Shown piece by piece: positions 9,382-20,700 of a DNA stretch of 64,000 nt (positions are counted from its first letter, which is position 1; every line of letters starts with the position of its first letter). Position numbers and translations under genes: made by a program. This DNA comes from Patescibacteria group bacterium. GTDB taxonomy: Bacteria > Patescibacteriota > Patescibacteriia > UBA2591 > UBA6264. The notes under the pieces are model-generated. The model was not told where the DNA came from. It did no database searches and saw nothing but the letters and a program-made list of their open reading frames with translations. Location of the stretch: contig JADHVF010000002.1 of NCBI GenBank assembly GCA_016784145.1, forward strand, positions 9,102 to 73,101, read 5' to 3'.

Positions 9382-10602
9382 ATATGGGTATATATAGCCA
9401 AGCACTCGCCAGCTGTCAAGTTTGTATTTTCTATGAGTTACTTTCCAGGCGCCCTTAAAGTTCATTTCTGAAAAATAAACATATTTATCATCAAATGACT
9501 CAACATAAGCAACATGTCCATATATTCTGGCTGCCCAGCCAGATTCTTTTAATAAAATAATTGCTCCTTTTTTAGGAGTTGTCCCAATTTTAAATCCCTT
9601 ACTCCTGGCATTCCCCATCCAACTTTTGGCATGTCCAACCCAAGTAGTACAAACTCCAAGTTCAGTTGCCCATTTATAAGCAGCCCATGAAGTGCATTGT
9701 CCTGGATAAAATCGATGGCATTTTCTCTTTGAGCTATAGGCCCAAGTCTTATAGCTTGACGGGGTCTCAACTAGTCGAACATCTTCTTGGGTTGCTCTTG
9801 GAACAATTTTGCGTGGTTTTGGCTTTGGTTTTGGCTTGATGGCATTTGGAATAAGTATTTCGTCATTTATAAATATATCTCCAGAGTCAGCTAAATTATT
9901 AAACTCAATTATGATTTGGGATGATGTTTTATATTTTTTAGCAATTGTGTCTATGGTATCACCATTTTTTACTTTATGTCTTAATCCATTTATAGGCAGA
10001 ATCATTAATGTTTCGCCTGGTTTGATAAATCTAGCTGTATATAGGGTTAGATTATTTTCCCATAAAATTGAATCAACGCTGATGCCAAATTTTTCAGCAA
10101 TGCTTATTATGGTATCGGCTGATTGAACAATATATTTTTCAACTTTAGTTCTAGTTAATGGTTGGGACATATCTAAGTCAACTTCAGTTGAGATTAGTGC
10201 AGAGTTATTAAGAGATAGGATTAACTCAGGTGAATTGTTTTTCTCTCTAATGGCGGCTATTTTAAAGTCGGGTTCTGTTCCTGCTTTCACTGGTAATTTA
10301 ATTTCAGGCAATGTATTTTCAGTAATAATTTTTTGTTCTTTGTCTATAAAAGAAAAAAATAGACTATTGTTAAAAGAATTTTTATAAACTTCATTAACCT
10401 CTGAATAAGAAAACATTGAAAAAATAAAAATAATTCCAAGAATTAATATTTTCTTGGAAAAAATTGTGTTTATATTATGCCTTGTTAATGCTTGATGAAT
10501 ATAAACAAATGTCAAAACAACAGTATGTCCTATTCTTTTTAAGACATTGTCTTGATTAGATAGAAATTTGGTGCTATTATCTACAATGGTTTTTGTTTTC
10601 AT
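9379..10602 (-). CDS. Membrane-anchored peptidoglycan hydrolase, 2x LysM plus CHAP domain
   Basis: LysM repeats YIVQSADTIISIAEKFGIS and HKVKNGDTIDTIAKKY; CHAP motifs GQCTSW, YGHVAYVE and SEMN. Confidence 0.9.
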   Translation of the reverse strand: MKTKTIVDNSTKFLSNQDNVLKRIGHTVVLTFVYIHQALTRHNINTIFSKKILILGIIFIFSMFSYSEVNEVYKNSFNNSLFFSFIDKEQKIITENTLPEIKLPVKAGTEPDFKIAAIREKNNSPELILSLNNSALISTEVDLDMSQPLTRTKVEKYIVQSADTIISIAEKFGISVDSILWENNLTLYTARFIKPGETLMILPINGLRHKVKNGDTIDTIAKKYKTSSQIIIEFNNLADSGDIFINDEILIPNAIKPKPKPKPRKIVPRATQEDVRLVETPSSYKTWAYSSKRKCHRFYPGQCTSWAAYKWATELGVCTTWVGHAKSWMGNARSKGFKIGTTPKKGAIILLKESGWAARIYGHVAYVESFDDKYVYFSEMNFKGAWKVTHRKYKLDSWRVLGYIYPY

Positions 10603-10660
10603 AGCTAGTTCATATTATAAAACATATCTAATAATAATCAATATAAGTTATTAACATGTT

Positions 10661-13120
10661 ATGCAGAGATATAATTTTGAAAAAATAGAGAAAAAATGGC
10701 AAGCGGTTTGGGATAAGTTAAATATTTATAAAGCAGAGGACTTTAATACAGATAAACCCAAACAATATATTTTAGTTGAGTTTCCATATACATCTGGAGA
10801 TGGATTGCATGTTGGGCATGTACGAGGTTATACTGCTCTTGATATTTTAGCAAGAAAAAAACGAATGCAAGGAATTAATGTTTTATATCCAATGGGGTGG
10901 GATGCATTTGGTTTGCCAACCGAGAATTATGCTATTAAGTCAAAAATTCATCCCATGGAAATAACTGCTGCAAATGTAAAATTATTTAAAAGGCAACTAA
11001 AAAGCCTGGGCATGAGTTTTGATTGGTCAAGAGAAATCAATACCACTTCGCCAGCTTATTATAAGTGGACTCAATGGATATTTTCAAAATTGTTTATTAA
11101 TAAATTGGCTTACCAAGATAAAATTCCAATTAATTGGTGTTCAAAATGTAAAATTGGGCTCGCTAATGAAGAGGTGATAGCTGGCAAATGTGAAAGATGT
11201 GGGTCCATCACAGTCAAGAAAGAAAAAAAACAATGGATGCTTAAAATAACAAAATACGCTGACAGATTAATTAAAGATTTAGATGGAGTTAATTATTTAG
11301 ATAAAATAAAATCACAACAAATTAATTGGATAGGAAAAAGTAAAGGCACACAAGCAATATTTAAAATAGATAAACAAAACATAGACATAGAGGTTTTCAC
11401 AACTAGAATAGATACTATTTTTGGGGTCACATCTCTTGTGTTGGCTCCAGAACATAAAATAATTGGAAAACTGAAATCTCAGATTAAAAATTGGGATCAA
11501 GTTGCAAACTATATTAAACAGGCAAGTAAAAAAAGTGACTTAGAACGGACAGACCTTAATAAAACTAAAACAGGAGTTATTTTAAAAGGAGTTTTTGCTA
11601 TTAATCCAGTTAGTCAGAAAAAAGTACCAATTTGGATGGCTGATTATGTTATTTCCTCGTATGGTGGGGGAGCTGTGATGGTCGTCCCGGCTCATGATAA
11701 AAGAGATTATGTCTTTGCTAAAAAGCATAATATGGAAATCATAGAAGTTATTAAGGGGGGGGATGTTTTTAAACAAGCCTATACGGATTATGGAAATTTA
11801 ATAAATTCAGGAGAGTTTGATAAGTTGACATCTGTTCAAGCAATTAAGCAAATCACCAAATGGTTGGCAAAAAATAAAAAAGGAGGACCAATTATTAACT
11901 ACAAGCTAAGAGATTGGGTTTTTTCAAGACAACATTATTGGGGCGAGCCAATTCCAATTATCCATTGTGAAAAATGTAAAGCAGTTTTGGTTGATGAAAG
12001 AGATTTGCCAGTTATTTTGCCAAAAGTAAAAGAATACGAACCAACTGAAACAGGAGAATCTCCTTTGGCAAAAATTAAAGAATGGGTAAATGTTAAATGC
12101 CCTAAATGCAATGGGCCGGGCAAAAGAGAAACAGATACCATGCCAAATTGGGCTGGTTCAAGTTGGTATTTTTTAAGATATATTGACCCTAATAATGACA
12201 GTCAGTTAGCTGACTTTAAAAAGTTAAAATATTGGTTACCAGTTGATATTTATAATGGTGGCATGGAGCATACAACTTTACATTTGCTTTATTCTCGGTT
12301 TTGGCACAAATTTTTGTATGACATAGGCGTTGTTCCTTGCCAAGAGCCATATCAAGCCAGAATTTCACACGGAATGGTGTTAGGAGAAGGGGGAGTAAAA
12401 ATGAGTAAAAGTTTAGGCAATGTAATTAATCCAGACAATATTATTAAAAATCATGGCGCTGACGCATTAAGAGTATATGAAATGTTCATGGGGCCATTTG
12501 ACCAAGCAATTGCATGGGATTCAAAAACAATTGATGGCATTGATAGATTTTTAATGAAGATTATAAAGCTGACTCAATCAAATTTAGAAGATAGCCAAAT
12601 AAACTCAGATGAGCAAGTGATTAAAAATTTAGAGCAAATAAAACATCAAACAATTAAAAAAGTGAGTCAAGATATTGAGGACCTTAAGTTTAATACAGCT
12701 ATTGCTTGTTTAATGGAATATGTTAATAATCTTTTGGAATACAATAAACAAGACAATGTTTGTGGCTCAAAAGACATGATTGATTCTATTAAAATACTAA
12801 TATTATTAATGTCTGTTTTTGCTCCGCATTTGTCAGAAGATTTATGGCATAAAATAAATTCTGATATTTCAGACATAGATAGCATTTTTCAAGAACAATG
12901 GCCGAAACATGATTTAGAATTAGTAAAATCAAAACAAATAGATTTGATTATTCAGATTAATGGCAAGTTCAGGCATATTATAAAAGTAGATGCTGGCTTA
13001 TCAAAGCAAAAAGCAGGAAAATTAGCAAAGCAAGAAGCAAAAATTCAAAAATATTTAAAAAACAAGCAGGCAAGCAAAATAATATTTGTTCCAGATAAAA
13101 TAATTAACTTTGTTTTGTAA
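10661..13120 (+). CDS. leuS: Leucine--tRNA ligase
   Basis: FPYTSGDGLHVGH, GWDAFGLP, DWVFSRQHYWGEPIP and KMSKS motifs. Confidence 0.97.
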   Translation: MQRYNFEKIEKKWQAVWDKLNIYKAEDFNTDKPKQYILVEFPYTSGDGLHVGHVRGYTALDILARKKRMQGINVLYPMGWDAFGLPTENYAIKSKIHPMEITAANVKLFKRQLKSLGMSFDWSREINTTSPAYYKWTQWIFSKLFINKLAYQDKIPINWCSKCKIGLANEEVIAGKCERCGSITVKKEKKQWMLKITKYADRLIKDLDGVNYLDKIKSQQINWIGKSKGTQAIFKIDKQNIDIEVFTTRIDTIFGVTSLVLAPEHKIIGKLKSQIKNWDQVANYIKQASKKSDLERTDLNKTKTGVILKGVFAINPVSQKKVPIWMADYVISSYGGGAVMVVPAHDKRDYVFAKKHNMEIIEVIKGGDVFKQAYTDYGNLINSGEFDKLTSVQAIKQITKWLAKNKKGGPIINYKLRDWVFSRQHYWGEPIPIIHCEKCKAVLVDERDLPVILPKVKEYEPTETGESPLAKIKEWVNVKCPKCNGPGKRETDTMPNWAGSSWYFLRYIDPNNDSQLADFKKLKYWLPVDIYNGGMEHTTLHLLYSRFWHKFLYDIGVVPCQEPYQARISHGMVLGEGGVKMSKSLGNVINPDNIIKNHGADALRVYEMFMGPFDQAIAWDSKTIDGIDRFLMKIIKLTQSNLEDSQINSDEQVIKNLEQIKHQTIKKVSQDIEDLKFNTAIACLMEYVNNLLEYNKQDNVCGSKDMIDSIKILILLMSVFAPHLSEDLWHKINSDISDIDSIFQEQWPKHDLELVKSKQIDLIIQINGKFRHIIKVDAGLSKQKAGKLAKQEAKIQKYLKNKQASKIIFVPDKIINFVL

Positions 13121-13151
13121 TTTTGCTGATTATTAATTATTATTTATCAAC

Positions 13152-14012
13152 ATGTCATTGTATAAACATACTAGAAATTTATTTTATACTAATAAATTTA
13201 AACCCTTGCGCAGGCGAGGGCAAAATTTTTTAATTAATGAAAAAATAGTAGTTAAAATTATAAAACAGGCAGACATAACATCCAAAGATATTGTTTTAGA
13301 AATCGGAGCCGGTACAGGCATTTTAACAAGCAAAATAGCAGACCATGCGAAAAAAGTTATGGCAGTAGAAATTGATAAAAACTTAATTCAGATTCTTGAA
13401 TCAGAAATAAAAAATTACAACAATATAGAAGTTATTTCTAATAGTATTTTGGACGAGAAATGTTGGGAAGAGATAATTAAAAAACAAGGCAAACAATATA
13501 AAATTATAGCCAACTTGCCATATAATATTACTGGGTTTGTTTTAAAAAAAATATTACTAGAGCCAATCAAGCCAGAGATAATTATAGTAATGCTCCAAAA
13601 AGAGGTTGTAGAAAGAATAGTGGCCAATCCCCCCAAAATGTCGTTTTTATCTGTTTTTGTCCAGTTTTGGGCTGATGTTCAAATTATTGCGAATGTAGGT
13701 AGGAATAATTTTTATCCAAAACCAAGTATTGATTCAATTATAATCAAATTATGTCCTTATTGTGATAAACATTGGCAATTAAAAAGTACGCCAGTAGAAT
13801 TTTTTAAGATAGTTAGAGCGGGATTCACTTCTCCTCGTAAATATTTACTTAACAATTTATTTAAATATGGTATTATAAGTAAAGAGCAAGGAGTAGATTT
13901 GTTTAAAAAAATTAAAATAAATCCAAAGATTAGAGCTCAAGAATTAGCAGTTTCTAAATGGATTGAATTAACCAATATATGTCTAAAAAAAACACAACTA
14001 AAAGACAGTTAA
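13152..14012 (+). CDS. rsmA: 16S rRNA m6,2A dimethyltransferase
   Basis: GQNFL, LEIGAGTG, ANLPYNIT and MLQKEV motifs. Confidence 0.95.
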   Translation: MSLYKHTRNLFYTNKFKPLRRRGQNFLINEKIVVKIIKQADITSKDIVLEIGAGTGILTSKIADHAKKVMAVEIDKNLIQILESEIKNYNNIEVISNSILDEKCWEEIIKKQGKQYKIIANLPYNITGFVLKKILLEPIKPEIIIVMLQKEVVERIVANPPKMSFLSVFVQFWADVQIIANVGRNNFYPKPSIDSIIIKLCPYCDKHWQLKSTPVEFFKIVRAGFTSPRKYLLNNLFKYGIISKEQGVDLFKKIKINPKIRAQELAVSKWIELTNICLKKTQLKDS

Positions 14013-14695
14013 TATTTTTAAGCATCTTAACAATGCTTTTTGTTTTATTGGCCTATGTTCAGATAAAGGGAACTATTTTTTCTCCGTCTACTTGGGTTGA
14101 CCAATCAGAAGAAGCACAAGTAAAAAATATTAAAACACAAGCAATTATTAATCAAGATACTGACAGTGATGGCTTGCTTGACTTTGATGAACAATATACT
14201 TACAATACCTCAATTTATTTAGCAGACACTGATAGTGATGGAGTCACTGATAAAGATGAAATTGATATTGGTACAGACCCCTTGGACGCAATGTCGTTTT
14301 TAGGGGTAGTTAAAGAGAATCAAGATAAGAACGAAGAGGATACAATCATAGACATTTTGCCAACAGAACAAGATCAGTTAATTCAAAAAATTACAAATCA
14401 ACAAATAAGAGAGTTTTTGATTGACTCAATTGGAATAAACAAGGATGTTGTGAAAATGTTTGATGACAAAACTTTAATAAACTTGTATAATGAAGCTAAA
14501 CAAGAAACAGGTATTGATTTAGAAAACATAAATCAAGCCAAGCCATTTAGTCAAGGAGCTTCGGAACCTTCTGATTTAACTATTCCAGAACTTAGGCAAA
14601 TTTTAATAAATCAAGGAGTTGATGAGCAGATGTTAAATAAATTAGATGACAATATTTTGGAGACAATGTTTTTACAAACTCTTTTGACCCCTTAA
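13979..14695 (+). CDS. Membrane-anchored protein with thrombospondin type-3-like Ca-binding repeats
   Basis: N-terminal TM helix; DTDSDGLLDFDE and DTDSDGVTDKDE...GTDPLD repeats; overlaps the rsmA 3' end. Confidence 0.7.
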   Translation: MSKKNTTKRQLIFLSILTMLFVLLAYVQIKGTIFSPSTWVDQSEEAQVKNIKTQAIINQDTDSDGLLDFDEQYTYNTSIYLADTDSDGVTDKDEIDIGTDPLDAMSFLGVVKENQDKNEEDTIIDILPTEQDQLIQKITNQQIREFLIDSIGINKDVVKMFDDKTLINLYNEAKQETGIDLENINQAKPFSQGASEPSDLTIPELRQILINQGVDEQMLNKLDDNILETMFLQTLLTP

Positions 14696-14709
14696 TAATT
14701 TTTTAAATT

Positions 14710-17700
14710 ATGAATTCTCAAATGAAAAAAATATTTTTAATAATATTAGTGATTGTTTTTTGTTTTACTTTGTTTGCACCAAGACAAGTATTGGCCTTAG
14801 GAGATGAATGGGCGACAATAGGGCATTTTTTTTCTAGTGTAGGAGAGTATGTTTGGAAGATTGGTGAAGCATTATGGGAAGAAAGTAAACATCAGTTTAC
14901 GGCGGTTGTGTTTAAGCAAGGATTAAATCTTTATTTAGGCGAGATGGCTAGACAAAGCGCAGAATATGTTGCCACGGGAGGCAAGGGTCAAAAACCAGCC
15001 TTTATAAGCGACCCTACTTATTGGTCTAAGATGGGAGATAATTTATTAGGAACACTTGTTAATGAGGTGGCCCAAGAAGGGTTGGGAGTAAAAAGTTTAT
15101 GCGACCCGATTGACCCTACTATTAGATTTAATATGCTGGTATCGGTTGATACAAAATACAAGGAACAGCAATTTAAGGAAAACGAAATGGACATCTGTCC
15201 ATTAAGTAGAATTAACGAAAGAGTTAAAGAGGCCTCTAGTAAGAAGCTTTTTGAATTTTCAGCAGGTGTAAAAGAAGGAAAACCAAAAAAATTTAAAACC
15301 GATATAAAAGTTGCTATTGTTAATGACACAACCATAAACAAAGCAGATGGGAATTTTGTTTGTGATAAAAGAGGAAAACTTGTCTGGGGAATGTTAAAAT
15401 GTGAATGTAAAGAAAATTGCACTTCATCAAATTGTGATAATACTTGTTTTTCTGTCGATGAGAGGAACAATTTTGGCAGATGGGTAAATGATGGGGCTCA
15501 AGATTTATTAAATATTATTGACAAATTAAGCAATATTCAAGATGAATTTGAAAAAATTATTAATGCTTATGAATGTGCTGTTCAAGACAAGGATGGCAAT
15601 CCAGGTTGGTGCACTAAAAAACTTGAAGAAGTAGAACAAATAAGAAAAGATAAACAAGCAGAAAGAAACGAAAAATGTCCAAACCAAGATGACCCAGAAT
15701 ATTGCGATAAACTACAGGATGAAATAAATAATCTTGTTGAAAAATTTCTTTACATTGATAAATGGTCTAAAAACTATATTAGCATTGACAAATCTTTAAG
15801 AATTAAGAATGTAATAAAAGATTTAAAAAAATTAATTGATGAAACTCCTGATCCTACATCAGGACTAAAAAAAGGAGTTTGGGGACTAAAAAAAGAAAAC
15901 AAGGGATGGGAAATAGATTCATCAAAAGATAATGAGAATTATCTTGGTTGGTGGACAACTTATCCAGCTAAATGTGCTAAAGAAAGTTCAGATGATTTTT
16001 ATGCCTCAGAACATTGTCCTACTCTTTCTGCGTTAGCTTTTGGTAACGATTCAAACGAACATTATCAAGATGTAATTACTTATTCTAAAAGAATGAATAC
16101 TTATGCTAAAAAAATAGCAGATTGGTATGCCACTTTAGAAGACATGATTACAGAGACACACAAGGCGCTTGAAGAAGAAGAAGACCTTCCAGAGACAGAC
16201 CCATTAGACGAGGTTCGTAGAGTTACATCTTCAGAAGGAAGTGATATTGGGGCAACCATTAAAATGAAATCAGATTTTTTTGATAAACAAGCCAAAGCCA
16301 TGGAAGAATCTAAGTTTTTTCAGAACTTGCAAGGCAGGATGAACGATGTTAGTACTAATATTTCTGGAATAACTAAAACACCATCAATATATATTGATGA
16401 ATCAACCAGGACAGCTATTAAAGAAGGTTCGGCCACTTATAAACAATATACTGGAGCAGCTTTGGCAGATGCTTTCAATATTTTTTCTAGCACTTTAATG
16501 AAAAAACTGATGGAAAGAATTTTTGAAGAAGGGTTTAATCCAACTGTTGAAGCAGATAGAACCAAGCCATTTTTAGATAAAGGAGAAGATGAACCACCAG
16601 TTGTTCCAGACCTTGAAGATATTAGAGATGATTTTTCAGATCTAAAATCAGCTCCAATGCGCAAGGGTGGAAAAATGAGCATTTATGACGAATTTGCTGT
16701 TTGTTTGGATGATCCTTCGTATGAATTGCCAACTAATTGTTTGATTGATAGTAATATGATTGAGGCAATTGAAGGCAAAATGACTATTGGGGAGGCCTTG
16801 GATGAAAATTTGCTTAATCCTGGTGCTAGTGTTGGTAGTCCAGGAGATACTAGTAGTTTATTTAGTTATGCTAATCTTAAAAAATTAAGAAGATATAGAA
16901 TTTTTCCTTTAGGCATGGAAATAGCGGCTGAAAAAATATATAATCAAACCATGGGTGACCAGGAATATAAATTAAGATCAATTGTTAATGGATTTAATGT
17001 AGAAAATTCTATTGGCACCTGTTCAACAATTGACTTAAATGGGAGTTTTGAAACAGGGGAAAGTGTGCCAGGTAATTGGTTTTTGAATGATAGTGACGGG
17101 ACAGGAACAAGAGAAAGTGTAGATAATGAATATTATCACGGTTCTTTTTCTTATAAAATAAATTCAACACATACAGCAAATGCTTATTATGGAATCGGCC
17201 ATGAGCCTTATGACATTGAGCCAAACACCCAGTACACTGTTTCGGTAATGGTAAAAGCAGAGGCAATAAATACGGGCAGTTTTAATCTTTCTCTCCATTG
17301 TCACTCTGATTCTGGCGGAAACTTTAATTATACGACTGATGCTGGTGACACAAGCATTTCTTCTGCTAGCTCATCATGGGAACAGCTTTATAGAACTTTT
17401 ACAACTCACAATGATGCAACTGATTGCACCATGCTACTTATATTTAATAATGGTGGCACGGGCACTGTTTATGTTGACCAGGTAAATTTTGTAAAAGGCA
17501 ATAATATTCCTAATGATTACTCATGGGAATCTGCCTCGCCTTTTTGTCATTTAGTTGACCCTGACTGGGTATTAAAGGCCTCTACTTATCAGTGTGATTT
17601 AATGGGCTATTCAGCTATTCCATTAAAAAATAGCAACCAAAGACAAGAAACTTGTGTTGACTTAAAGGATTGCATACACGAAGACCAGGATGGCAATTGT

Positions 17701-20700
17701 GATACTTGGGCATATTGTACTAGAGAGAAAAATGTTTGGCAGTTTAATGGAACTGCTTGTGACAAACAATATGCTTCTTGTGAAACATATGTTCGTTTGT
17801 CAGATAAAAAACAGGCCTTTTATGTTAGCAATACAATAGATTTTGAAACTTGTACGGAAAATGACAATGGTTGTAATTGGTATTGTTCTGTTTGGGACAA
17901 TGATATTGGGTCTGATGGAAAATGGGCTTGCGTAGAGCCAGGTAGTTCATCTTATCCAGATGGCAAGAGTGATTATTCTCAATATGATGATGACAATGCA
18001 ATATTTTTTAATTTAAAAGCAGAAGATTGTAAAATTGAAGAACAGGGTTGTAATGAATACATTAAATTAGGAGAAAATATAAATTTAATTCCAAATAGTG
18101 GGTTTGAACTTGACAAGAATGCTGATGATATTGCTGATGGATGGATAGAAAAGTGGGAAGGAGACGAAGTTCTTACTGAGGATGCAGCTTTTGATGGATT
18201 ATTTGGTTATGAGTTTGTCCATTCTAATGGAGATGATATGGGGGATTATACAGGAGCATGGCAAAGAGTTTCTGTATTACCAGGGCAAAAATATACTATT
18301 TCTGCTAAAATAAAAATAATCACTCCTGTCACGGGGACTGGTTCGACTGCCACTGTTAATTATTATTGGGATGAAGACGGAGACAATTATGACATTGGCA
18401 ATAAAGGAGAGACAATAATTATACTTGATTACCTTGATGAATGGCAAGAACATTCTCAAACAGTAGTTGCTCCTGATAACATGAATTATGTCTGGATTGC
18501 TCCTATTATGTATGGCAATGGCAAGGTTTATTTTGACAATATTCAACTAGAATATGGAGCATTGTCTTCGGCTTATAAAGAGTATGGTTCAGGAGTTAAG
18601 GAGTATTTTAAGACAATTCCCAAGCAAAGACAATGGGTAGAAGATGGTAATGGCAATTGGGATTGGGAATGGAAAACATGCAGTGTTTATGATGAGGCAG
18701 ATAATTTGGATTGTGATGGCTATGCCCAGCAATGCGATGCCAAAGATATTGGTTGCGAGATTTACACTAATATAAGTAATAATGTTTCTTTCTCGGCCGT
18801 AAAAAGAGGAGAAGATGAATGTGCTCCTGAGTGTGTTGGGTATGAAACATTTAGGCAAATACCAACCAATTTTGATATTAATGTTGATTGGAAAAGCTTT
18901 ATCCCATCAACGGCCCAGGGATGTTATGTGCCAGGGTGTGAAGAGTTTACTAATTTAGATACACTGAATCAGGGCGGAGAAGGGACGGAATATTATTCTT
19001 ATTTAAGACAATGTGTAAAAACAGATGAACAAGCAAGGGCAATTATTGATAGTAATTCAGACGAGATAATGCCACCAGATTCTGATACTTGCGGGTATTT
19101 TTATACTTGGATTGGGTCTGAAACAAGTGGCTTTCAGTTAAAAAAATATTATCTAAAAATTGACACTGACAATGGTCCGGAAAAAGTTTCAACCTCTCCT
19201 CCAAGTTCTTGGGGAAATTGTTGGAACGAAGACCATGCAGCCACTAATCCTTATTGCAAGCAGTTTTATAATGAGGCAGGGCAAATTTATTATAGATTAT
19301 ATAAAAATACCATTACTTGTTCGGAAGAATGTTATCCATTCAGACGAAGTATTAATCAAGCCATTTACATGGCTATGCCGTCACAAGGAGAAATGTGTAG
19401 TTCTCAAAACAATGGTTGCAAGGAATACAAAGGGCCTTTAGCAGGTGATATTAATTCTGTTTTTTCAGATGATTTTACAGCTGGTACGGGGCAATGGACT
19501 ACTGGTGACCTTTCTTCAGAAACAGATAATTTTTCCGGTTATTCTTTAAAAAATAATGGAGCCGGAGAACTAAAGCGTTCAGTGGCTGGCTTGACTCAAA
19601 AAGATAAAATTTATTTTGTATCTTTTTGGATTAAAACAGCATCAAGTGATCCCATAGAGGTTTATTTTACTTCAACTGATAGAATAGAGCAAAATATTAG
19701 TTTAGTTAATGAGTGGCAGAATATGAGGTTTGGGCCATTCTATTTTTCAACTACTCCATCTAATGATGAAAAACTTAATATTTTCGCAACTAGTGATTTT
19801 TATATTGACAATGTTATTTTAGAGCAAATCGATGATAATATTTATTTGATAAATGATTCATGGTCAACTCAGGGTTCTTGTGATATTGATTATCAGGGAA
19901 ATTATAGCCAGGGATATATGATTGGTTGTGCTAAATATGTTGATACTAATAATGATGAGCATTATTTCAAACAATTTAGTAAAATGTGCCCTGAACAAGC
20001 AGTTGGTTGTGCGGGTTATATTAATACTCAAAATTATTCATATCCATTTGAATGGCAATTTAATCAAGCAGGAGCAGATAATGATGAAATAACAATTTTA
20101 GCAGACAAGACAGAGTATTATGTTGTTGAAAAAGAAAACTATTGTCATGAAAACAATAAAGGGTGTGAAAGATTAGGCCTGCCAGAAATCGAAGATGATG
20201 GGTCTATTAGTATGTGGTCAGATGTTTTTATTAAAAATAATCCTGATAACTATAAATCCAAGAGCATGGTTTTATGTGATGTTGACGGGGTTGGGTGTGA
20301 AGCATATTCTGATAATTATTATTTCAAAGACCCAATCAAGCAAGCAAAACTATGTGAATACAAAACCAAAACAATTAATGGAAATAATCAATCAGGCTGG
20401 TTTAAAAAAGACACAGACCAAGCTTGTTATTACGAAAATACGGGACCATACATAATAGATGACCTTACTTATGGCATTTATTTTCCAGGTCAAGAAAATT
20501 ATGATAATTATGTTGGTATTTGTCCAAAGAAACAAGTTGGGTGTACTGAATTTGTTGACCCTGGTTGGGGTGGCGGAACAAAGAATTTAATAAATAATAG
20601 TGACTTTGCTAACGAAGATGTTGGATATGATGACGATAATCATCCAGATGGTTGGTTTGATAGTTTTAATAATAATCCAAGTTGGCAAGTTGAAGTTGTT

